In this document: positions 63,899 to 64,000 of the stretch, piece after piece
How positions within the stretch are numbered: the stretch's first letter is position 1
Layout of the letters: every line of letters begins with the position of its first letter
IMG/VR virus record: IMGVR_UViG_3300020472_000016
Location: 1-64,000 of that record
Direction: 5' to 3' (one strand)
From: a virus
Length of the DNA: 64,000 nucleotides
The notes under the pieces: model-generated
Seen by the model: the letters and a program-made list of their open reading frames with translations, nothing else
Databases searched by the model: none
Told to the model about the DNA's origin: nothing
Program-made: the position numbers and the translations under genes

Positions 63899-64000
63899 AT
63901 GACAAGAACAGTCCCTGGAAGTGGAGCCACAATCGAACCAGTCTTTAACAGTGTATATGGTGTTAAAGATGTAATCGTTACTAACCCTGGACAGGATTAT
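63899..64000 (+). CDS. Start of next structural protein (3' truncated)
   Basis: MTRTVPGSGATIEPVFNSVYGVKDVIVTNPGQDY, a GxGY-type repeat start. Confidence 0.6.
   Translation, partial: MTRTVPGSGATIEPVFNSVYGVKDVIVTNPGQDY

Overview
64-kb segment of a T4-like marine cyanomyovirus (Prochlorococcus/Synechococcus phage type). Essentially all real genes lie on the + strand. Order: (1) 1-5.5 kb, tail-fibre/adhesin-like genes including three polyglycine-rich proteins. (2) 5.5-19.5 kb, an accessory island with a PrnA-type flavin-dependent halogenase, 11 Fe(II)/2OG oxygenase or JmjC genes (a 12th at 24.5 kb), an Nfu/NifU-C protein, an SF2 helicase and a PD-(D/E)xK-like nuclease. (3) 14.7-23.7 kb, small early genes behind five copies of a palindrome+(-10) promoter cassette, two structured leader/sRNA elements, and a candidate origin (divergent sigma70 promoters, AT-rich tract, TTTTCCACA DnaA-box repeats). 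(4) 23.8-64 kb, a baseplate module: NlpC/P60, a 1375-aa structural protein, a PAAR-like protein, a basic peptide coupled to a SET methyltransferase, gp25, gp6, a 9152-aa gp7-like giant, a YHYH protein and a gp9/gp10-like fibre ending in a cupredoxin-like motif. Top observation: the giant virion protein carries 6-7 helical repeats matching the phycobiliprotein bilin-binding signature (A..L..N...I...A.....YP...PG...C.RD..Y..GG) with the Cys84-equivalent kept, suggesting a possibly bilin-chromophorylated virion. It is interleaved with about 23 recursively nested beta-repeat domains. All family calls come from motif recognition by eye; no searches were run.
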